In this document: positions 63,973 to 64,000 of the stretch, piece after piece
Layout of the letters: the number at the start of each line of letters is the position of its first letter
Numbering within the stretch: the first letter of the stretch is position 1
Assembly (NCBI RefSeq): GCF_902713615.1
Contig: NC_052159.1
Location: 112,397,877-112,461,876, forward strand
Length of the DNA: 64,000 bases
Direction: 5' to 3'
Origin: Scyliorhinus canicula
Taxonomy: Eukaryota
Made by a program: the position numbers and the translations under genes
The notes under the pieces: model-generated
The model's database searches: none
What the model was told of the DNA's origin: nothing
What the model saw: only the letters and a program-made list of their open reading frames with translations

Positions 63973-64000
63973 ATTTTCCTTCTTAATATCAACCTGTTTG

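Larger units (their letters stand above)
61715..64000 (-). mobile_element. CR1 RT fragment interrupted by a MITE and a SINE
   Basis: NVVPLFK..NYRPV, MDFSKAFDKVPH, GVPQGSVLGP, LYKTLVRPHLEYC; a small + strand CR1 piece lies at 61530-61700. Confidence 0.9.

Overview
This is non-genic, repeat-dense vertebrate genomic DNA. The repeat content (HE1/V-SINE-type SINEs with CR1 tails, CR1/L1/RTE LINEs, Gypsy LTR elements, Harbinger transposons and MITEs, Penelope) suggests a cartilaginous fish such as a shark; that is an inference. I could not identify an intact host gene. Nearly all ORFs in the track are transposon fragments or noise from GC-rich MITEs and SINEs. The most structured region is ~39.6-50.1 kb, a three-level nest. 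A two-gene Harbinger (Myb/SANT ORF on +, DDE transposase on -) is split by a full-length Gypsy element (41263-47413, GTAAC TSD). The Gypsy 3' LTR is in turn split by a young Penelope-like insertion (41646-42625, 12-bp TSD) that forms a 462-bp near-perfect inverted repeat, with a GIY-YIG C-terminus and a minimal hammerhead ribozyme motif in each arm. Other observations: Harbinger MITEs with shared TIRs and variable 3-bp TSDs, SINEs with one head and three different tails, several solo LTRs with TSDs, and a nearly intact CR1 ORF2. All family calls rest on motif recognition, not database searches, and many boundaries are approximate.
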